Assembly: GCA_023438785.1 (NCBI GenBank)
Contig: JAEXQJ010000259.1
Location: 4,816-68,815 of the forward strand
DNA from: Pseudomonadota bacterium
Lineage (GTDB): Bacteria > Myxococcota_A > Polyangia > Fen-1088
DNA length: 64,000 bases
Direction of reading: 5' to 3'
The position numbers were made by a program, and so were the translations under genes. Shown one piece after another: positions 26,400-37,205 of the stretch (the first letter of the stretch is position 1; every line of letters starts with the position of its first letter). The notes below the pieces were generated by a model, which did no database searches, was not told where the DNA came from, and saw only the letters and a program-made list of their open reading frames with translations.

Positions 26400-27926
26400 C
26401 TACGGGGTCATTTGCCAGGCCGGCAGGACCGTGCTTCCCAGCAGGCTGCGGCCGTTGCTGGCGATGACCTGCTTGTAGAAGTGGTACGAGTCCTTAGGGA
26501 TGCGCTTCTGGCTGGGGTAGTCCACGTACACGAGGCCAAAGCGCTCGCGGAAGCCGTCGGCCCACTCGAAATTATCGAGCAGCGACCAGGCGTAGTAGCC
26601 GCGCACAGGCACGCCGTCCTTGATGGCGCGGGCCAGCTCCAGCAGCACGCGGTGCAGGTAGTCCACCCGCTGCGCATCGTGCACCTTGCCGTCGAGGAAG
26701 ACGTGATCGCGGCTGGAGACGCCGTTCTCCGTGATGGCGATGGGCAGCTTGTACTTGTCGTACATGAAGCGCGGGGCCCAGTACACGGCGTCTGGCGCCA
26801 GAAGGTGCCAAAGGGTCGCGCCGCGCGGGTATCCCGCCGGGAAGGGAACCCTTTCAGGCTTGCCGTCCGCGCCCTGGCGCCAGTTTTCGCTGCCGTAGAT
26901 GTTGAGGCCAAGGAAATCGACGGGCTGTTTCATCAGGTCGAGGTCCGACGACTTGAAGGCCGGCACGTCCTTGCCGTACAGGGCGAGCCCATCCTCGGGA
27001 TAGCGGCCGAGCAGCACCGGATCCATCCACCAGGCGTTCATCCAGGGAGTGCGCACCGTCACCGCGTGCAGACCCCAGCGGGCGGCCTCCACGTCCTCGG
27101 GCTTGGGGCTGGCCGGGCGCGTGGTGCTGCAGGCCACGCAGTATCCCACCTGCGCGTCCTTCACGTGCGCGCGCAGGGCCTGCACCGACTTGCCATGGGC
27201 CAGGAACGCATGGTGCGCGGCGGTCAGGTATTCGCCGAAGGTCTTCTTCAGACCGGGGGCCATGCTGCCACTCAGATAGCCGTTGCCGATGAACGCCTGG
27301 GGTTCGTTCTGCGTGACCCAGAGCTTGACGCGATCGCCGTAGCGCTTGGCCAGGACCGTCGTGTATTCGGCGAACCAGTCGGCCATGTCACGGTTGAGCC
27401 AGCCGCCCCGCGCCTCCAGGGCCTGGGGCGTGTCCCAGTGATACACGGTGCACATGGGCGTGATGCCCGCCCGGTGCAACTCGTCCAGCAGGCGGTCGTA
27501 GAAATCCAAGCCCTTGGCATTGACCGCGCCCACGCCCGCGGGCAGCACGCGTGGCCAGGAGATGCTGAAGCGATAGTTCTTGAGGCGTAGGCCTCTCATG
27601 AGGGCCGCGTCGTCGCGAAAGCGATGGTAGTGGTCGCACGCCACCTCGCCCGTGTTGCCCTCCCACACGGCGCCCGGCTTCTTGCTGAACACGTCCCACA
27701 CCGAGGGACCGCGCCCATCCTCCGCGGCGGCGCCCTCGACTTGGTAGGCTGCGGTCGCCGCGCCCCACTGGAAATCGTTGGGAAAGGGGCCCGGATGCGT
27801 GGCCGGGCGGGGCTTCTTGTCGGCAGCCGCGGCCCTGCGGCTCAAGCCGAACTGGCCCAGGGCGAGGCTGGCGGCACCGAGGAAGCCCCGGCGGGACAGC
27901 GAAGGATCGGAGGAGCGCTGGCTCAT
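26400..27926 (-). CDS. GH1 beta-glucosidase with Tat signal peptide
   Basis: ORF trimmed to ATG at 27926 (MSQRSSDPSLSRRGFLGAASLALG twin-arginine motif) with AGGAGA upstream. GH1 motifs are YRFSISWPRV, LWVTQNEP (acid/base Glu) and ITENG (nucleophile Glu). Confidence 0.9.
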   Translation of the reverse strand: MSQRSSDPSLSRRGFLGAASLALGQFGLSRRAAAADKKPRPATHPGPFPNDFQWGAATAAYQVEGAAAEDGRGPSVWDVFSKKPGAVWEGNTGEVACDHYHRFRDDAALMRGLRLKNYRFSISWPRVLPAGVGAVNAKGLDFYDRLLDELHRAGITPMCTVYHWDTPQALEARGGWLNRDMADWFAEYTTVLAKRYGDRVKLWVTQNEPQAFIGNGYLSGSMAPGLKKTFGEYLTAAHHAFLAHGKSVQALRAHVKDAQVGYCVACSTTRPASPKPEDVEAARWGLHAVTVRTPWMNAWWMDPVLLGRYPEDGLALYGKDVPAFKSSDLDLMKQPVDFLGLNIYGSENWRQGADGKPERVPFPAGYPRGATLWHLLAPDAVYWAPRFMYDKYKLPIAITENGVSSRDHVFLDGKVHDAQRVDYLHRVLLELARAIKDGVPVRGYYAWSLLDNFEWADGFRERFGLVYVDYPSQKRIPKDSYHFYKQVIASNGRSLLGSTVLPAWQMTP

Positions 27927-28034
27927 GGAATGTCTCCTGCGGTGGAGGGGAGTCTTCGAACCAGGCAACCCGGCCGGCGCCGGATCTGGGAATGCGGGTT
28001 TGCGCCGCGACCGCTTCCGTGGCACAAGCGGCCT

Positions 28035-28679
28035 GTGTCGGTCGAGATCGTCGTCGAGTCGCACCCGCTTTTGGATCTGGCCGCCTTCGTGGCGCGCTTC
28101 CCGGCCCCGCTTGCCGAGTGCGCCTGCCCTCCGTCGGTGCAACAGGGCCTTGTGCCGGGCGCGGGAGCGCCCTTGGCGGTGGACGAGCACGTGCGCACGG
28201 CCGTGCGCGATCTGTTGCGCTCGTCGGAATTCAAACCCACGGGACGCAACAAGCCCGCCTCGGAATATCTGGCGCGGGCGGTGGGCGAGGGCACCCTGGG
28301 GACCATCAACCTGGCGGTTGACGTCTGCAACCTGTGCTCATTCCATGCGGGACTGCCCATGAGCGTGGTGGACCTGGACCGCCTACAGCCGCCCCTGCGC
28401 GTGGCCTTGGCCCCGGCGGGCGCGCGCTACGCCTTCAACAGCGCAGGGCAGATCATCGAGGTGGCTGGCCTTCTGTCGCTGATCGATGCGGACGGCCCCT
28501 GCGCCAACCCCGTCAAGGATGCCCAGCGTACCAAGACCCATGCCCAGACCCGCAACGCGGTCTACGTCATCTGGGGCACCTGCGGCCTGCCCGAGCGCAC
28601 GACGCGCACGGCCGCCTGGTGTCGCGACCTCCTCGCCGGCTGCAACGTGATCTGCGAGGACATCCAGCTACGGCGGTGA
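28035..28679 (+). CDS. B3/B4 tRNA-binding-domain protein
   Basis: The conserved core EFKPTGRNKPASEYLARAVGEGTLGTINLAVDVCNLCSFHAGLPMSVVDLDRL is B3/4-like. The start is uncertain (GTG 28035 chosen). The upstream part of the track ORF is antisense to the bgl gene. Confidence 0.55.
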   Translation: MSVEIVVESHPLLDLAAFVARFPAPLAECACPPSVQQGLVPGAGAPLAVDEHVRTAVRDLLRSSEFKPTGRNKPASEYLARAVGEGTLGTINLAVDVCNLCSFHAGLPMSVVDLDRLQPPLRVALAPAGARYAFNSAGQIIEVAGLLSLIDADGPCANPVKDAQRTKTHAQTRNAVYVIWGTCGLPERTTRTAAWCRDLLAGCNVICEDIQLRR

Positions 28680-28690
28680 CCGCAGCCGGC

Positions 28691-29491
28691 TCAGACGTCG
28701 GTGTCGTCCGCCTCGCCTGACAGCGCCAGCGCGTCGAAGGCGGCCTCGGAGATCTCCGGATCGTCGCTCGTGGTCAACTCGTGCAGCAGGCGCGCCGACT
28801 TGGTGGGCTGGATGCCGGCCAGCGCTTCGATAGCGGCCAGCCGCAGCTCCTTGTCCGTGGATTCGGAGCGCGCCAGCCCCGCCACGTGCCCCCAGGCCGC
28901 ACTCAGCTCGCTCTCTCCGGCGGCCAACACGGCCTGCAGGTGAATGCGCGGATCGGGGCTGTCCAGGGCCTGCCCGATCTGGGCTTCGAAACCCACCACG
29001 TAGCGCATGCAGAAGACCGCGGTGAGCATCCAGTCCGGATCGCCCGACTGGAACGCCGCCCGCACCGCGCCCTTGTGCCAGTCCTGACCGGCACGAATGG
29101 AGGCCTCCAGGACCCGTCGGCGCACGTCCGTGGGCACGTCCGCGTCGTGATACAGGTCCGACAGCGTCTTCTGGATGCGGTGGAAGGTCGCCTCGGTGAT
29201 GGGGACCTCATCCGGATCGTCGAAACCCTGGGTGTCCGCCAACTCCAGCACGGGACCCAGGGCGATGGCCGTTGCCTCACGCAGTTCTTGTGGGGTGTCG
29301 GGGTCGGCGGTCACGCCCAGCAGAACGGCCACGACCTGGTCATCCACGACGGTTGAGTCGCCGGCGAATTCTGCCGCGGTCAGCCGATCCTCCAGATTGG
29401 CCGTTCGATCGGTGACGACGTTCTGCAAGAACCTCCCGACATTCTCGGGCCATTCCCAGGGCGGCGTGAGCTTGAGTTGCTGGAGGTCCAT
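28691..29491 (-). CDS. Acidic HEAT/PBS-lyase-repeat protein
   Basis: ORF trimmed to ATG at 29491 (MDLQQLKLTPPWEW). C-terminal repeats read LQAVLAAGESELS...LRLAAIEALAGI...EAAFDALAL. Confidence 0.55.
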   Translation of the reverse strand: MDLQQLKLTPPWEWPENVGRFLQNVVTDRTANLEDRLTAAEFAGDSTVVDDQVVAVLLGVTADPDTPQELREATAIALGPVLELADTQGFDDPDEVPITEATFHRIQKTLSDLYHDADVPTDVRRRVLEASIRAGQDWHKGAVRAAFQSGDPDWMLTAVFCMRYVVGFEAQIGQALDSPDPRIHLQAVLAAGESELSAAWGHVAGLARSESTDKELRLAAIEALAGIQPTKSARLLHELTTSDDPEISEAAFDALALSGEADDTDV

Positions 29492-29558
29492 GCCCTCTTT
29501 TGTACCGCCCTTTTCCCGTCCTGCCGAGCCCATGCCCTGTGCTAGAAGCCCGCCCATC

Positions 29559-31112
29559 ATGAGCAAGGTAACGCGCGCGCTCGTTTCCGTGTCGGACAAG
29601 ACAGGCGTGGTCGATCTGGCCCGCCGACTGGCCAAGCTGGGGATCGAGATTCTGTCGACGGGCGGCACGGCCAAGTCTCTGCGCGACGCGGGGTTGAAGG
29701 TGCGCGATGTGAGTGAGTTCACGGGTTTTCCCGAGATGCTGGATGGCCGGGTCAAGACCCTGCACCCGCGCGTGCACGGCGGCATCCTGGGCCGGCCCAC
29801 GCCCGAGCATCAGAAGCAGATGAAGGAGCATGGCATCGACCCCATCGATCTGGTGGTCGTCAACCTTTATCCCTTCCGCGAGACGGTGGCCCGCGGCGCC
29901 TCGTTCGAAGAGACCATCGAGAACATCGACATCGGCGGCCCGGCCATGGTCCGCTCGTCGGCCAAAAACCACGAGCGCGTGGCCATCGTGGTTGATCCCG
30001 CGGACTACGACCGGGTGCTGACCGAGATCGAGAAGACGGGCGAGGTCCCGGCCAAGCTGCGCTTCGAGCTGTGTCGCAAGGCTTTCGCGCACACCGCGGC
30101 CTACGACGGCGCCATCGCCAGTCACCTGGGGCGGCTGTCCGACGAGGGCGTGCCGGCCGCCGATTTTCCGAGCACCATGCATCCGGCGCTCAAGCTGGAG
30201 CGCGTGCTCCGCTACGGCGAGAACCCGCACCAGAAGGCGGCCTTCTATTCGTGGGAGGCGCCGTCCGGCATGTCGCTGGCCAAGGCCGAGGTCCTGCAAG
30301 GCAAGGAGCTGTCGTACAACAACCTGCTCGACCTGGATGCGGCCATGAAGCTTTGCGCTGAGTTCGACGCGCCCGCGGCCTGCATCATCAAGCACACCAA
30401 CCCGTGCGGCATCGCGGTGTCCGACAAGGGCGTGACCGAGGCCTTTCGCCTGGCCAAGGAGACCGACCCCGTGTCCGCGTTCGGCGGCATCTGCGCCTTC
30501 AACCGCGAGGTGGATGCCGATCTGGCCACGATGATGGGCGAGGGTTTTCTCGAGTGCGTGGTGGCGCCGGCCTACACGGCCGAGGCGTTGCGCGTCTTCG
30601 CGGCCAAGAAGAACCTGCGTCTGCTGCGCGCGCCGCTGGCCCTGGGTGCGGCGGGGCAGCTCGACATGCGCACCATCTCGGGCGGCGTGCTCGTGCAGTC
30701 CGTCGATGCCACGACCTGCGCCGCGGGCGCGGGCAAGGTGGTGTCGGATCGCCAGCCCACGGCGCAAGAGCTGGCCGACCTGGATTTCGGCTGGCGCGTG
30801 GGCAAGCACGTGAAGTCCAACGCCATCGTCTTCGTGGGCGGCGGCCGCACCTTGGGCGTGGGCGCGGGTCAGATGTCCCGCGTGGACTCGGTCAAGCTGG
30901 CCGTGTCCAAGGCGCGTTTGCCCCTGCGTGGCTCCGTGCTGGCCTCGGATGCGTTCTTCCCGTTCCGCGACGGCATCGATGAAGCCGCCAAGGCCGGCGT
31001 CACCGCGGTGATCCAGCCCGGCGGTTCCGTGCGCGACGCCGAGGTCATCGCCGCGGCCAACGAACACAAGATCGCGCTCGTCTTCACGGGCGAGCGTCAC
31101 TTCAGACACTAA
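29559..31112 (+). CDS. purH: Bifunctional AICAR transformylase / IMP cyclohydrolase
   Basis: Internal ATG at 29559. It reads [21 protein letters not shown]...FTGERHFRH. Confidence 0.95.
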   Translation: MSKVTRALVSVSDKTGVVDLARRLAKLGIEILSTGGTAKSLRDAGLKVRDVSEFTGFPEMLDGRVKTLHPRVHGGILGRPTPEHQKQMKEHGIDPIDLVVVNLYPFRETVARGASFEETIENIDIGGPAMVRSSAKNHERVAIVVDPADYDRVLTEIEKTGEVPAKLRFELCRKAFAHTAAYDGAIASHLGRLSDEGVPAADFPSTMHPALKLERVLRYGENPHQKAAFYSWEAPSGMSLAKAEVLQGKELSYNNLLDLDAAMKLCAEFDAPAACIIKHTNPCGIAVSDKGVTEAFRLAKETDPVSAFGGICAFNREVDADLATMMGEGFLECVVAPAYTAEALRVFAAKKNLRLLRAPLALGAAGQLDMRTISGGVLVQSVDATTCAAGAGKVVSDRQPTAQELADLDFGWRVGKHVKSNAIVFVGGGRTLGVGAGQMSRVDSVKLAVSKARLPLRGSVLASDAFFPFRDGIDEAAKAGVTAVIQPGGSVRDAEVIAAANEHKIALVFTGERHFRH

Positions 31113-31118
31113 TCGCAG

Positions 31119-31135
31119 CGGGAACCCGGTTCCCG
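31119..31135. terminator. Short GC palindrome CGGGAACC-C-GGTTCCCG immediately after purH
   Basis: Seen in the sequence, 7 nt after the purH stop. No U-tract. It shares the GGGAACCC core with the hairpin at 13402-13443. Confidence 0.25.
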
Positions 31136-31218
31136 AAACTCCCGCGAGGTGCGCGAGGCCGCGCCGGCCGACTGCCCCCGCGGGCGTGTTCAGGCTACAA
31201 ACGCTTCTGGTGCAAACC

Positions 31219-32529
31219 ATGGGACACAGAATTCTTCTCGTCGGATCAGGCGGGCGCGAGCACGCGCTGGCTTGGAAGCTGCTGCAGAGTCCGCTGTGCG
31301 ATCACCTGGTGGCCGCACCGGGCAATCCGGGCATCGAAGCGCTGGGCCGCGGCCTGGGCGCGGGGCGGGTCACCTTGGCGCCCGTCGGTGCGGAGGCGGT
31401 GGCGGACCTGGTTGCCTTGGCTGAGCGCGAGCACATCGACTTCGTGGTGTGTGGGCCCGAGGCCGCCCTGACCGCGGGGCTGGGCGACGCCTTTACCGCC
31501 CGGGGCTTGCGCTTCTTCGGACCCAGCAAGGCGGCCGCGGAGATCGAGGGCTCCAAGAGGTTCGCCAAGGATCTCATGAAGGGCGCCGGCGTGCCCACCG
31601 CGGCCTACGGCAGCTTCGAAGACGTGGATGCGGCGCTGGCCTTCATCGACGCCCAAACGGGCAACGTGGTGGTCAAGGCCGACGGCCTGTGCGCGGGCAA
31701 GGGCGTGGTGGTGGCGTCGTCGAAAGACGAGGCCAAGGCCGCCGTGCGCACCATGATGGTCGACCACACCTTCGGGACGGCGGGCAACCGCGTGGTCATC
31801 GAGGAGCGGCTCACGGGGCGCGAGGTGTCCATGATGGCCCTGTGCGACGGCACGCGCTTCGTGCTGCTGGCCTCGGCCGAGGATCACAAGGCGGTTCTCG
31901 ACGGTGATCGCGGGCCCAACACGGGCGGCATGGGCGCCTACTCGCCTTCACCCCTGGTGGACGCGGCGCTGACCGAGCACATCGCCAAGACCATCTTTGC
32001 GCCCACGGTGGCCGCCATGGCGGCGGCAGGGCGACCCTTCCGCGGTCTGCTGTACGGCGGGCTCATGCTCACCGAGCGCGGACCGATGGTCATCGAGTGG
32101 AACTGCCGTTTCGGCGATCCCGAGACGCAGGCCGTGCTGCCGCGCCTGGATGAGGATCTTCTGCCCTGGCTGCTCGCCGCGGCCGAGGGGCATCTGCCGG
32201 CGCGCCAGCCACGTTGGTGGCCGGGCCTGTCCGTGTGTGTGGTGCTGGCCGCCCCGGGCTACCCGGGCAAGGTCAAGACGGGCGACGAGCTCGCGGGCTT
32301 GGCCGAGGACGGGCAACTGGCCGGCGAGGGTGCGGAGCTGGTGGTCTTCCACGCGGGCACCAAGCGCGACGGGGCTCGTCTGGTCACCGCCGGCGGGCGC
32401 GTACTGGGCGTGACCGCGCGGGCCGCAGATCTGGACGCCGCACGGGCGCGAGCCTACAGCGGTATCGGGCGCATCTCGTGGCCGGGGATGCACTTCCGCA
32501 AGGACATCGGCCTGCGAGGACGAACATGA
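31219..32529 (+). CDS. purD: Phosphoribosylamine--glycine ligase
   Basis: Internal ATG at 31219 ([21 protein letters not shown]). ATP-grasp core is present. Confidence 0.95.
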   Translation: MGHRILLVGSGGREHALAWKLLQSPLCDHLVAAPGNPGIEALGRGLGAGRVTLAPVGAEAVADLVALAEREHIDFVVCGPEAALTAGLGDAFTARGLRFFGPSKAAAEIEGSKRFAKDLMKGAGVPTAAYGSFEDVDAALAFIDAQTGNVVVKADGLCAGKGVVVASSKDEAKAAVRTMMVDHTFGTAGNRVVIEERLTGREVSMMALCDGTRFVLLASAEDHKAVLDGDRGPNTGGMGAYSPSPLVDAALTEHIAKTIFAPTVAAMAAAGRPFRGLLYGGLMLTERGPMVIEWNCRFGDPETQAVLPRLDEDLLPWLLAAAEGHLPARQPRWWPGLSVCVVLAAPGYPGKVKTGDELAGLAEDGQLAGEGAELVVFHAGTKRDGARLVTAGGRVLGVTARAADLDAARARAYSGIGRISWPGMHFRKDIGLRGRT

Positions 32530-33023
32530 GTCAGCCCAGTGACGTCGCCATCCTGATGGGGTCCAAGTCGGACCTGGAGACCATGAAGCCCGCGGCCGAG
32601 CTGTGCAAGAGGCTCGGTCTGCGCGTGGACGTGCGTATCCTTTCGGCCCACCGCACGCCCGAGCAGACCGCGGCCTTCGTGCGCGAGGCGACGCAGACCG
32701 GCACCAAGGTCTTCATCGCCGGCGCCGGCGCCGCGGCCCACCTGGCGGGTGCCGTGGCCGCGCAGACCACGCGCCCGGTGATCGGCGTGCCTATCGCGTC
32801 GGGTAGTCTGCAGGGCATGGACGCCTTGCTGTCCACGGTGCAGATGCCGCCGGGAATGCCCGTGGCCACCGTGGCGGTGGGGGGCGCGGAGAACGCCGGC
32901 TTGTTGGCCGCCCAGATCATCGGCGTGGGCGACGCGGACCTGGCGGCCCGCGTGGCTGCCGAGCGCGCGGCACGCACGGCCAAGGTGCTGGAAGCGGACG
33001 CCGAGGTGCGGGCGAAATTCTGA
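32526..33023 (+). CDS. purE: N5-carboxyaminoimidazole ribonucleotide mutase
   Basis: ATGA overlap with the purD stop. Motifs AILMGSKSDLETM and GAGAAAHL are present. Confidence 0.95.
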   Translation: MSQPSDVAILMGSKSDLETMKPAAELCKRLGLRVDVRILSAHRTPEQTAAFVREATQTGTKVFIAGAGAAAHLAGAVAAQTTRPVIGVPIASGSLQGMDALLSTVQMPPGMPVATVAVGGAENAGLLAAQIIGVGDADLAARVAAERAARTAKVLEADAEVRAKF

Positions 33024-33055
33024 GCTGACGGCCGGAAGAGCGGTGTTTCTCGCGC

Positions 33056-33631
33056 ATGGACGCCATAGTCGATAGGGTGGCCCAAGCCGCCGCGGCGATC
33101 GCCCAGGGGCAGATCGTGGCCTACCCCACGGAGACGTTCTACGGCCTGGCCGTGGGTGCGTTCGACCTGAAGGCGCTGGCCCGGCTGCGCGAGCTCAAGG
33201 GCCGGGGCGTGGAGAAGGCCTTTTCGGTCCTGGTGGCGGATCGCCGCATGCTCGATTTGCTGTGCGCGGAGATCTCGCCCACGGCGGAGGCGTTGATGGC
33301 GCGCCATTGGCCGGGGCCTCTCACGCTGGCGTTGCCGGCGCGCCCCGGGCTGCCCGAGGCCATCGTCCTGGATGGTTGTGTGGCCGTGCGCATGTCGCCT
33401 CATCCGTTGGCGCAGGCCCTGGTCGCCGTGGCCGCGCAACCCATCACCGCCACCAGCGCCAATCCCGCGGGTGCGCCCGCTCCCACCACGGCGGCCGGCG
33501 TGGCCGCCTATTTCCCGGCCGGCTGTCATCTCCTCGACGGTGGCTCCACCCCCGGCGGTGCGGCCAGCACCCTGGCCCGGGTTCGCGAGGACCGCATCGA
33601 GATCCTGCGTCCCGGCCCGGTCCGCCTCTGA
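33056..33631 (+). CDS. tsaC: L-threonylcarbamoyladenylate synthase (YrdC/Sua5 family)
   Basis: IVAYPTETFYGLAV...TATSANPAG. Confidence 0.85.
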   Translation: MDAIVDRVAQAAAAIAQGQIVAYPTETFYGLAVGAFDLKALARLRELKGRGVEKAFSVLVADRRMLDLLCAEISPTAEALMARHWPGPLTLALPARPGLPEAIVLDGCVAVRMSPHPLAQALVAVAAQPITATSANPAGAPAPTTAAGVAAYFPAGCHLLDGGSTPGGAASTLARVREDRIEILRPGPVRL

Positions 33632-33696
33632 GCCGCATCCACGGCGAGCCCCACGGCCGCCGCCCGGTGCGCGCACGGATGGGCCGGGTGCCAGGC

Positions 33697-35649
33697 TCAG
33701 GGCAGCGGCGCTGGCAGGTGTCCCAGGGCCTGCTTGACCTTGGCCAGCAACTCCTGGCTGGTGTACGGCTTCTGCACGAAACCGGCGAGGCCCTTTCCGG
33801 CGAAGCGATTGACCACGTCTTGCTCGTTGTAGCCCGAGCTGAGCAGCACACGGACGTCGGACTTGACCTGTCTCAACTCGCGGTAGCAGGCGTCGCCGTC
33901 CAGGTGGGGCATGGTCAGATCGAGGATGACCAAGGCGATGCGGTCTCGGTCACGGCGGAAGATCTCCAGAGCCTCGCGGCCATCCCCCGCCACGAGCACC
34001 GTGAAACCAGACTTCGCCAGCATACGGCGGCCCAGGTTGCGCACCGTCTCCTCGTCGTCGGCGAGCAGGATGGGACCGCATGTCCTCCAGGGGGCCGACT
34101 CGTGTGGCGCAATGGGTTTGGCCACCTGGCGCTCGGCGATGGGGAAGAGCAGCTTGAACGTCGTGCCGCGACCAAGCTCGCTGTAGACCTTGATGGCCCC
34201 GCGGTGACCGCGCACGATGCCCAACACGGCGGCCAGGCCCAGACCACGCCCAGTGAATTTGGTCGTGAAGAAGGGATCGAAGATGCGGTCCAGGGTGACC
34301 TTGTCCATGCCCTTGCCCGTATCCGCCACTTCCAGATAGGCGAAGTCGCCCGGCGCAATGCCGTCCGCGCTGAAGCAGCCGCGCAAGTACTCCGAGTCGC
34401 AGTGAGCCAGTCCGGTGGTCACGGAGATGACGCCGCTGCGCTCGCCGATGGCCTCGGAGGCGTTCACGATGAGGTTCATGAGCACCTGGCGGAGCTGCGT
34501 GGCGTCCGCCTCCACCGGCGGCACACCTTGCGCGAAGTGATACTTGAGCACCACCTTCTTGCTGATGCTCACCGCCAGCAGGTGCCCCATCTCCTCGACC
34601 AGTTCCACGAGGTCAACGGGCTCGATGAGGAAACGTCCCTTGCCGCTGTAGGCGAGCAACTGGCGGCACAGCTCGGCGGCCCGGCGCGCGGCGGTCTCGA
34701 TACCCTCCAGACTGGAGCACGCGGGCGAGAGGGGCGACAGATCGGCACGCGCCAGATCGGCGTTGCCCAGGATACCGGTGAGCAGGTTGTTGAAGTCGTG
34801 GGCGATACCGCCGGCCAGCACACCTAGGCTCTCCAGTTTCTGGCTCTGCAGCATCCGCCGTTCGAGCGCCTGTTGATCGGTGATGTCGCGAAGGACGGTG
34901 AGGACCATCCGTTCGTCGCCCAGGGGCAGGGCCAGGGCCGTGATCTGCACGTTGCGACGCTTGCCGTCCTGGCGCCGCAACTCGGCCTCCAGGCCCATCA
35001 CCCGATCCTCGCGCAGAAGGGCGTCGGCCAGCGCCCGGCGCTGCTCGGGGCGGGGCAACAGGTCCAGCTCGGAGCCGCTACGGCCGATCAATTCGTCCGG
35101 GCCATAGCCGGTTGCCTCCGAGAAGGCGAGGTTGCACAGCGCGATGGTGCCGTCCGCCCGAGTGAGCGAGAGGGGCGTGGGCACCAGTTCGAAGATGCGA
35201 CGAAAGCGCTCCTCGCAGGCGCGCAGCTCGCCTTCCCGGGCCGCGCGCGCGCTGACATCGCGTGCTGTGGCGAGGAACTGCCCTGCACCGGTGGGCGAGG
35301 ACCGCCATTCGAGGGTTCGGTAGAGGCCATCCTGGCCGCGGACGCGGTTTGTGAACCCCCTCGCGTCGCCGTGTTGGGGCCAGCGCTGCATGGCCGTCGC
35401 GGTGGCCATGCGGTCGTCCGCGTGAACCAGGTCGAGCAACCGCCTGTTCAACAGCTCGGCCGCGGGCCAACCCAGGACGGTGGTCCAGGCTCGATTGACA
35501 CGAGAAAGGTGACCGTCGGCCGCGGCCAAACAGATGAGGTCAGGCGCCAGGTCGAGCATCTTCTCTCCATCGACGCGGCCTCCGCGGGCCAGCACATCGC
35601 CGCCACCGCTGTTTCCCTCTGGTCTTGTCGCGCTCGTCGTGTCCGCCAT
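33697..35649 (-). CDS. Hybrid sensor histidine kinase/response regulator (2x PAS, HisKA, HATPase, REC)
   Basis: Phospho-acceptor His box HDFNNLLTGILG, G-box DTGKGMD and a C-terminal receiver (ILLADDEETV...DLTMPHLDG). Start set to ATG 35649 (uncertain; ORF extends to 35778). Confidence 0.85.
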   Translation of the reverse strand: MADTTSATRPEGNSGGGDVLARGGRVDGEKMLDLAPDLICLAAADGHLSRVNRAWTTVLGWPAAELLNRRLLDLVHADDRMATATAMQRWPQHGDARGFTNRVRGQDGLYRTLEWRSSPTGAGQFLATARDVSARAAREGELRACEERFRRIFELVPTPLSLTRADGTIALCNLAFSEATGYGPDELIGRSGSELDLLPRPEQRRALADALLREDRVMGLEAELRRQDGKRRNVQITALALPLGDERMVLTVLRDITDQQALERRMLQSQKLESLGVLAGGIAHDFNNLLTGILGNADLARADLSPLSPACSSLEGIETAARRAAELCRQLLAYSGKGRFLIEPVDLVELVEEMGHLLAVSISKKVVLKYHFAQGVPPVEADATQLRQVLMNLIVNASEAIGERSGVISVTTGLAHCDSEYLRGCFSADGIAPGDFAYLEVADTGKGMDKVTLDRIFDPFFTTKFTGRGLGLAAVLGIVRGHRGAIKVYSELGRGTTFKLLFPIAERQVAKPIAPHESAPWRTCGPILLADDEETVRNLGRRMLAKSGFTVLVAGDGREALEIFRRDRDRIALVILDLTMPHLDGDACYRELRQVKSDVRVLLSSGYNEQDVVNRFAGKGLAGFVQKPYTSQELLAKVKQALGHLPAPLP

Positions 35650-35889
35650 GCTGGTGTCCGTCGCAGGCGGCCATTGTAGCCATCCTGCGCCATTTCGCGA
35701 ACGCAATAGCGCAGCGCCGCGAAAGGTTGGCCCATCGCGTGGTGCCCTGTCGGCCGGTGGGCGCCGCGATCGACGCATGACCCGATTCGCCAGTCGTTGC
35801 GCTGCCTTGCCCGACGCCGCGTGGGTACAGTTTTGATGTGGATAAAAAGTATTCTAGCTTACGATGAATACTTGGGACACAATGGGGCC

Positions 35890-36558
35890 ATGAGAGTCAG
35901 GTCAGCAGCACTCGCCGTGGTTCTGGCCCCCATCGTCTGCGCCGCTGGCCCGGCCTGGGCCTGGGAGGACTACGAGCGGGGCGAGGACGCACCGGTGGTC
36001 TCGGTGCCTGCTGCGCCCGTCAACAAGGGCGAGGGGCACCTGCCCATCTTCGGTCTGGGCGGCGACGTGGGCGTGCCCGATGGCGTGGTGGGCTCCCTGG
36101 TCGTGCGGCCCTTCTCGTGGCTGCGCCTGCAGGGTGGCCTGGGCACGAACGGCATCAGCCGTTGCTGGCGAGGGGGATTGACACTTCTGCCCTTCCGCGC
36201 CGGTCCCTCCCTGACCGCCGAATACGGCCGCTACGGCGAGGGCAACGCCAACGGGCTGGCGCGCAAGTTCGTGGGCGACGACTTCGAGGGCAGCCCGCTG
36301 CTCGAGCGCGTGGGCTACGAGTTCGGCAATCTGCACCTGGGGCTCGATTTCGGCTCGCGGCGCTTCGTCTTCTTCATCCACGGCGGCTACAGCTTCGTGC
36401 GCGGCCAGATCCGCAACGTGGACACCGCCATCGCCGACAGCGCCAACGCTGCCGGGTCCGCCGACTCGGGAACCACGGAGGTCTCGGTCCGTCAGGATCC
36501 CAAGGTCAAGGCCACGGGCACCTCGGTCAAGCTCGGGCTCATCATCTACATCTGGTGA
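35890..36558 (+). CDS. Outer-membrane beta-barrel protein (C-terminal aromatic YIW)
   Basis: Internal ATG at 35890. Signal peptide MRVRSAALAVVLAPIVCAAGPAWA. An AT-rich promoter-like tract lies at about 35831-35875 upstream. Confidence 0.65.
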   Translation: MRVRSAALAVVLAPIVCAAGPAWAWEDYERGEDAPVVSVPAAPVNKGEGHLPIFGLGGDVGVPDGVVGSLVVRPFSWLRLQGGLGTNGISRCWRGGLTLLPFRAGPSLTAEYGRYGEGNANGLARKFVGDDFEGSPLLERVGYEFGNLHLGLDFGSRRFVFFIHGGYSFVRGQIRNVDTAIADSANAAGSADSGTTEVSVRQDPKVKATGTSVKLGLIIYIW

Positions 36559-36562
36559 AGCC

Positions 36563-37105
36563 ATGAACACGCGTCGCTCGTCCATGCTGTCGGTGCTCTT
36601 CGGACTGGGCTTGTCCCAGGGCGCATGCTCGTTGGCCGTAGAGGCCGACATCCCTGATGTGGAGATCACCCAGCGTGGCGTGCGTTTCGACGGCTTCCCC
36701 CTGGGCGATAGGCTGGGTGTCTTGTCGACTTCTCGCTCGTTCGAGTTGTCGTCGTCGAACACGGCGTGGGCCAAGGAGCTCAACTCCGAGGTGCGTGCCA
36801 TGTCCGTCAGCGTGCGCGCGGCGAGCGGGGTGTCCGATCTCGACTTCGTGAAGTACGCGGGCGTGAACATGTCCGACGCCGCCGAATCGGCGGCTCCCGT
36901 GCAGGTCATGGCCTACGAGCGCGCCGATGACGCGCCATCGAGCTCGATCATCGAGGTGACCATGACCGAGCCCGTCGACGTCACCGCCCTGTGGACATCC
37001 ACAGGCGCCCGGCTGGAGGTGCAGGTGGCTGGCGAGCTGCCCACGCAGTCGTGGACGGCAGACATCACGCTGCGCCTCTCCGGCAAGATCAACTACGAGT
37101 ACTGA
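36563..37105 (+). CDS. Putative lipoprotein, unknown function
   Basis: 4 nt after the OMP gene stop. MNTRRSSMLSVLFGLGLSQGACS with Cys after the signal region. Confidence 0.55.
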   Translation: MNTRRSSMLSVLFGLGLSQGACSLAVEADIPDVEITQRGVRFDGFPLGDRLGVLSTSRSFELSSSNTAWAKELNSEVRAMSVSVRAASGVSDLDFVKYAGVNMSDAAESAAPVQVMAYERADDAPSSSIIEVTMTEPVDVTALWTSTGARLEVQVAGELPTQSWTADITLRLSGKINYEY

Positions 37106-37205
37106 CCGCGCACACGAGCGGCGGCTGCCCCTCGGCCCGGCCTCGTCGAGCCGGTCTTGCGTCGGAGCGTGGGGCGGGGCAGTCTGGGCCGGCAGGAGGT
37201 CAGAC

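Noticed and set aside
35831-35875. AT-rich tract TTGATGTGGATAAAAAGTATTCTAGCTTACGATGAATA as a sigma-70 promoter for the OMP gene
   Set aside because: I could not place -35 and -10 hexamers with acceptable 16-18 nt spacing. It is noted only as promoter-like AT-rich DNA in the feature evidence.
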